The position numbers and the translations under genes are program-made. Positions 33,990 to 35,601 of a stretch of DNA of 35,601 bases are shown piece by piece. Each line of letters opens with the position of its first letter. The stretch's first letter is position 1. The notes under the pieces were generated by a model that saw only the letters and a program-made list of their open reading frames with translations, searched no databases and was not told the DNA's origin. The DNA lies in assembly GCF_001194135.2 (NCBI RefSeq), contig NC_068983.1:34832300-34867900 (forward strand), in the 5' to 3' direction. The DNA is from Octopus bimaculoides (lineage: Eukaryota).

Positions 33990-34700
33990 TCAAACTCAAG
34001 AACGAGCAACTTTGGAGCGAAACAATATAGATGAATACGGCAAAACAGATCAATACACGCATTTCAACAAATAAAAGACGTGTTGGGTATAATTGCAAAG
34101 TATCTGAAAGCTGTGAAGTATTTTCTAGAGAAGTAAACATTGTTGTGTTATTTAACATAATTTATCGAGGGAAAATAGGTACGAATGTGTTAAGTAAGCC
34201 ACGCTCATCCAAATCATCTGAAATCTGAGTCAATGGATAATATTTTTTAAAAAAGCGAAAAATCCAAGTCAGAATGCATATCCTTTGTCGGTTAGTTAGA
34301 AGACAGAAAATCTATAAAAAAAAGTAATTTTCGCAGACATTGGCAAAAATACTTTTTGAGAAAACTGCAGTTCTTTTTCGGTCAATAGAAATAATAACAA
34401 AGAACACTGGAATGAACCCCGTCATACTGGGATACTATATACAAAGGAAATGAATGTGCGAATAAATAAGACAATACTATTAGTATGGTCCAGAATAACT
34501 ACGAAGTGATGAAGTGTCTATAAAGCCAACGACACCATCAATTTGTAAGTTCCTGGGGCATATGAAATCGTTATTGGATACATACATGGAATTTAGCAGC
34601 AACCTACAATGAATTACCACATAGATTAATTATCTCAGTTAATGGCTTACTATCAGAAAAATAGATTTTTTGAAACCAAATCTCTCAGGAAGCCAAAAGA
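33990..34700 (+). mobile_element. Possible very old CR1/L2-like LINE remnant
   Basis: Only weak motifs: ENCSS (cf. EYCSS) and AATYNELP (cf. WNxLP). Confidence 0.25.
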
Positions 34701-35504
34701 AATAAAATAACTTGTTTAGGAGTATGGTATGTATTTAATGCCTTTCTAATAGACAGGCCTCTCGTCTGGAAGATATCTTATCAGAGAAGTAAAAACGCGT
34801 TTGGCAACAATTAGCAATTAACATATAAAGTATCAGTTATTAAAGACAAAACATGAAAAGAGATAAAATATCATGCAGTAGATATAGTGGTTTACAGCAT
34901 GGAGTACTTTTCCTATTTCTTTCTCTTTTAGCTTTACAATTACGGATGTTATGTGTTTGTGTGCAAACATACATAGATACATTATTATTTATTTTTGCTT
35001 GCCCTCCTTACCTCATACTTGGTTGAATCTGGTTTTAACCATGTTGGAACTATACTTTCCAATAAAAGAATTGAACTGGATGTGACAGGATGAGGAGATT
35101 TGAGGCTAAAGTTGACAAGTTTGAAACCGAATGTATCTGTACTAGCTGCATTGCACCAGACACACGGTTCTCATTAAAAAAAGTTTTATTCTTTTCCTTT
35201 ATAATATAATCATTAATTATTTTTGCAACAGTAGTTCTGATCAATGGTTCATTTGGGAAAAATGAAAGTCAGTTTAAAAAAAAAAAAGCGCAATCTTCCA
35301 GAAGTTAATCTGTCTGCATAATATAGAGTTAACGTTAGAATTTTATTCACACTAATGGCAAAACTAAACCCACAATAAGAGATTTGTAAACAACCGCATA
35401 TTTAGTCTAAACGGCACTAACAGGGAAAGGAGTCTACGATATAGTGTGTGTGTGTCAAATGATACGAGGGGGGTTTTCCTAGGGGGTTTTGTGTTGGGGT
35501 TGTT

Positions 35505-35588
35505 TTTACACACGTGGGCGATGGAGCATTTTTTGGCCCATAGGTGGGCGATATTGCAATTTGGCGTGAAAAGATTGGGAAACACTTC
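35505..35588. mobile_element. Possible hAT-type MITE end
   Basis: AAAAGATTGGGAAACACT resembles the reverse complement of CAGTGTTTCCCAA TIRs. No partner found. Confidence 0.3.
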
Positions 35589-35601
35589 TCTATACAGTTT
35601 T

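Overview
AT-rich, microsatellite-dense eukaryotic genomic DNA with seven assembly gaps (458-625, 12153-12263, 14248-14311, 21429-22117, 23478-23702, 31756-32599, 33375-33515). The SINE families and Dong/R4, RTE, Penelope and mariner/maT content point to an octopus (coleoid cephalopod) genome; this is inference from recalled repeat families. I found no intact host protein-coding gene, rRNA, true tRNA or CRISPR array. The window is mostly decayed mobile elements: two Tx1/L1-like ORF1 (gag zinc-knuckle) remnants, three Dong/R4 LINE remnants, RTE and CR1/L2-like fragments, Penelope GIY-YIG and pseudo-LTR fragments, a full-length D,D34D mariner, an internally deleted maT-like element, MITEs and seven tRNA-SINE segments. 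The most notable structures are three large inverted repeats. One consists of two inverted Penelope pLTR copies, each carrying a minimal hammerhead ribozyme motif with a non-canonical CCGAUGA-type core. There is also a possible ORF1-only retroelement and a possible decayed HDV-like ribozyme in an RTE 5' UTR. All alignments and translations were done by eye, so identities are estimates.
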